Below are positions 61,878-64,000 of a stretch of DNA of 64,000 bases, piece by piece (positions within the stretch are counted from its first letter, which is position 1; the number at the start of each line of letters is the position of its first letter). The position numbers were made by a program, and so were the translations under genes. The notes below the pieces were generated by a model. It ran no database searches and was not told the DNA's origin. It worked only from the letters and a program-made list of their open reading frames with translations. This stretch comes from Squalus acanthias (Eukaryota): positions 18,912,001-18,976,000 of the forward strand of contig CM059433.1 in the NCBI GenBank assembly GCA_030390025.1, written 5' to 3'.

Positions 61878-63853
61878 GGAACAATAGCAGAGTGGTTATG
61901 TTACTGGACTAGTAATCCAGAGGCCTGGACTAATGATCCAGAGACGTGAGTTCAAATCCCACCACGGCAGCTGGGGAATTTAAATTCAGTTAATTAAATA
62001 AATCTGGAATAAAAAAAAGCTAGTATCGGATTGTCGTAAAAACCCATCTGGCTCACTAATGCCTTTTAGGGAAGGAAATCTGTCGTCCTTACATGGTCTG
62101 GGAGGGATTTTGCCTATATGTGACTCCAGACCCACAGCAATGTGGTTGACTCTTAACTGCCCTCTGAAATGGCCTAGCAAACCATTCAGTTGTAACAAAC
62201 CGCTACAAAAAACAATAAGACAGACCGCCGGCACCGGCTTCGGACACGACAACGGCACACCCAGCCCAGTCAACACTGCAATGTACTCCTCACTAACATC
62301 TGGGGATTGGTGTCAAAATTGGGAGAGGTGTCCCACAGACTAATCAAGCAACAGCCTGACATAGTCATATTCACAGAATCATACCTTTCAGCCAATGTCC
62401 CAGACACCTCCATCGCCATCCCTGGGTAAGTCGCGTTCCCTCTGGCAGGACAGACAGAGGTGGCGGCACAGTGGTATACAGTTGGGAGGTAGTGGCCCTG
62501 GGAGTCCTCAACATTGACTCTGAACCCCCTGAAATCTCATGGCTTCAAGTTAAGCACGGGCAAGGAAATCTCCTGCTGATTACCACCTACCGCCCTCCCT
62601 CAGCTGATGAATCAGTACTTCTCCATGTTGAACACCAATTGGAAGAAGCACTGAGGGTAGCAAGGGCACAGAATGTACTCTGGCTGGGGGACTTCAATGT
62701 TCATCACCACGAGTGGCTCGGTAGTACCACTACTGACCGAGCTGGCCAAGTCCTGAAGGGCATAGCTGCCAGACTGGGCCTGCAGGTGGTGAGAGAACCA
62801 ACACGAGGGGAAAAACCTGCTTGACCTCATGCTCACCAATCTACCTGTGGCAGGTGCATCTGTCCATGACAGCATCGGTATGAGTGACCACTGCACAGTC
62901 CTTGTGGAGACGAGGTCCAGTCTTCACACGGAGGACACCCTCCATCATGTTGTGTGGCACTACCACTGTGCTAAATGGGATAGATTCAGAACAGATCAAG
63001 CAGCTCAAAACTCGGCATCCATGTGGCGCTGTGGGCGATCAGCAGCAGCAGAATTGTAGAAGGAGAAGGAGCCTCCATGAATATCCCCATCCTCAATGAT
63101 GGTGGAGCCCAGCACACAAGTGCAAAAGACAAGGCTGAAGCGTTTGCAACCATCTTCAGCCAGAAGTGCCGAGTGGATGATCCATATCGGCCTCCTCCTG
63201 AGGTCCCCACCATCACAGAACAAGTCTTCAGCCAATTTGATTCACTCCACGTGATATCAAGAAACAGCTGAGCGCACTAGATACAGCAAAGGCTTTGGGC
63301 CCCAACAACATCCCGACTGTCGTGCTGAAGACTTGTGCTCCAGAACTAGCCACGCCTCCACCCAAGCTGTTCCAGTACAGCTACAACACTGGCATCTACC
63401 CAACAATGTGGAAAACTGCCCAGGTATGTCCTGTCCACAAAAAGCAGGACAAATCTAATCCAGCCAATTACCACCCCATCAGTCTACTCTCAATCATCAG
63501 CAACATGATGGAAGGTGTCGTCGACAGTGCTATCAAGCGGCACTTTCTCACCAATAACCTGCTCACTGATGCTCAGTTTGGGTTCCAGCAGGACCATTCG
63601 ACTCCAGACCTCATTACAGCCTTGGTCCAAACATGGACAAAAGAGCTGAATTCCAGAGGTGAGGTGAGAGTGACTGCCCTTGACATCAAGGCAGCATTTG
63701 ACTGAGTGTGGCATCAAGGAGCCCTAGTAAAACTGAAGTCAATGGGAATCAGGGGGAAACCTCTCTACTGGCTGGACTCATACCTAGCACAAAGGAAGAT
63801 GGTTGTGGTGGTTGGAGGCCAATCATCTCAGCCCCAGACATCGCTGCAGGAGT
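61878..63853 (+). mobile_element. Second copy of the tRNA-headed LINE (internal deletion, 3' truncated)
   Basis: Colinear with 12157-14635: APE (LGDFNVHH, SDH) and RT (GPNNIP, QFGF, ALDIKAAFD); jump at ~63058. Confidence 0.9.
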
Positions 63854-64000
63854 TTATAAATATTTTAAACAAAAATTTAATTTTTGGAAAATAAAATTAA
63901 AGTTTTTTACGGCACTAAAAATAAACTTACCTTTTTTAAAAGTATTTTTAAATTAAATGAGTGAAAATTTTTTAAAAACTTTAAAAAAAATTTATGCTGG
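63854..64000 (+). mobile_element. Internal AT-rich part of the MITE family at 6350/42580 (runs off window)
   Basis: AAATATTTTAAACAAA...CTAAAAATAAACTTAC...TTATGCTGG matches ~6690-6820. Confidence 0.7.

Noticed and set aside
61885..61965. Functional tRNA genes (also 40325-40390, 1420-1490)
   Set aside because: No proper acceptor stem or terminator; each continues into a SINE or LINE body.

Overview
Repeat-dense vertebrate genomic DNA, most likely from a cartilaginous fish (shark-type CR1, L2, Penelope, DeuSINE, V-SINE and Harbinger repeats). Two host genes lie tail-to-tail. The last two coding exons of an alpha-class glutathione S-transferase are on + (5419-5547, 8411-8533). A complete four-exon TMEM14A CDS is on - (44153->34779, 101 aa), with a GC/CpG-rich promoter region near 47.6 kb. 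This matches the GSTA-TMEM14A neighbourhood known in mammals. Most remaining ORFs are fragments of nested transposable elements. Highlights: (1) a 219-bp TSD-flanked insertion that is almost entirely a perfect 190-bp palindrome carrying mirror-image minimal hammerhead ribozymes (14095-14313); (2) Penelope elements with inverted and direct pseudo-LTRs and hammerhead motifs; (3) a LINE whose 5' end is a tRNA-like Pol III head with a duplicated anticodon arm, plus a short head+tail derivative; (4) two inverted templated insertions copied from nearby DNA; (5) a NOP53 retrocopy fragment; (6) a Harbinger transposase remnant with related hairpin-rich MITEs; (7) two solo-LTR candidates, one about 1.6 kb with a hairpin array. 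All family assignments are by eye or from recall, with no database search. TE boundaries are approximate unless a TSD is quoted.
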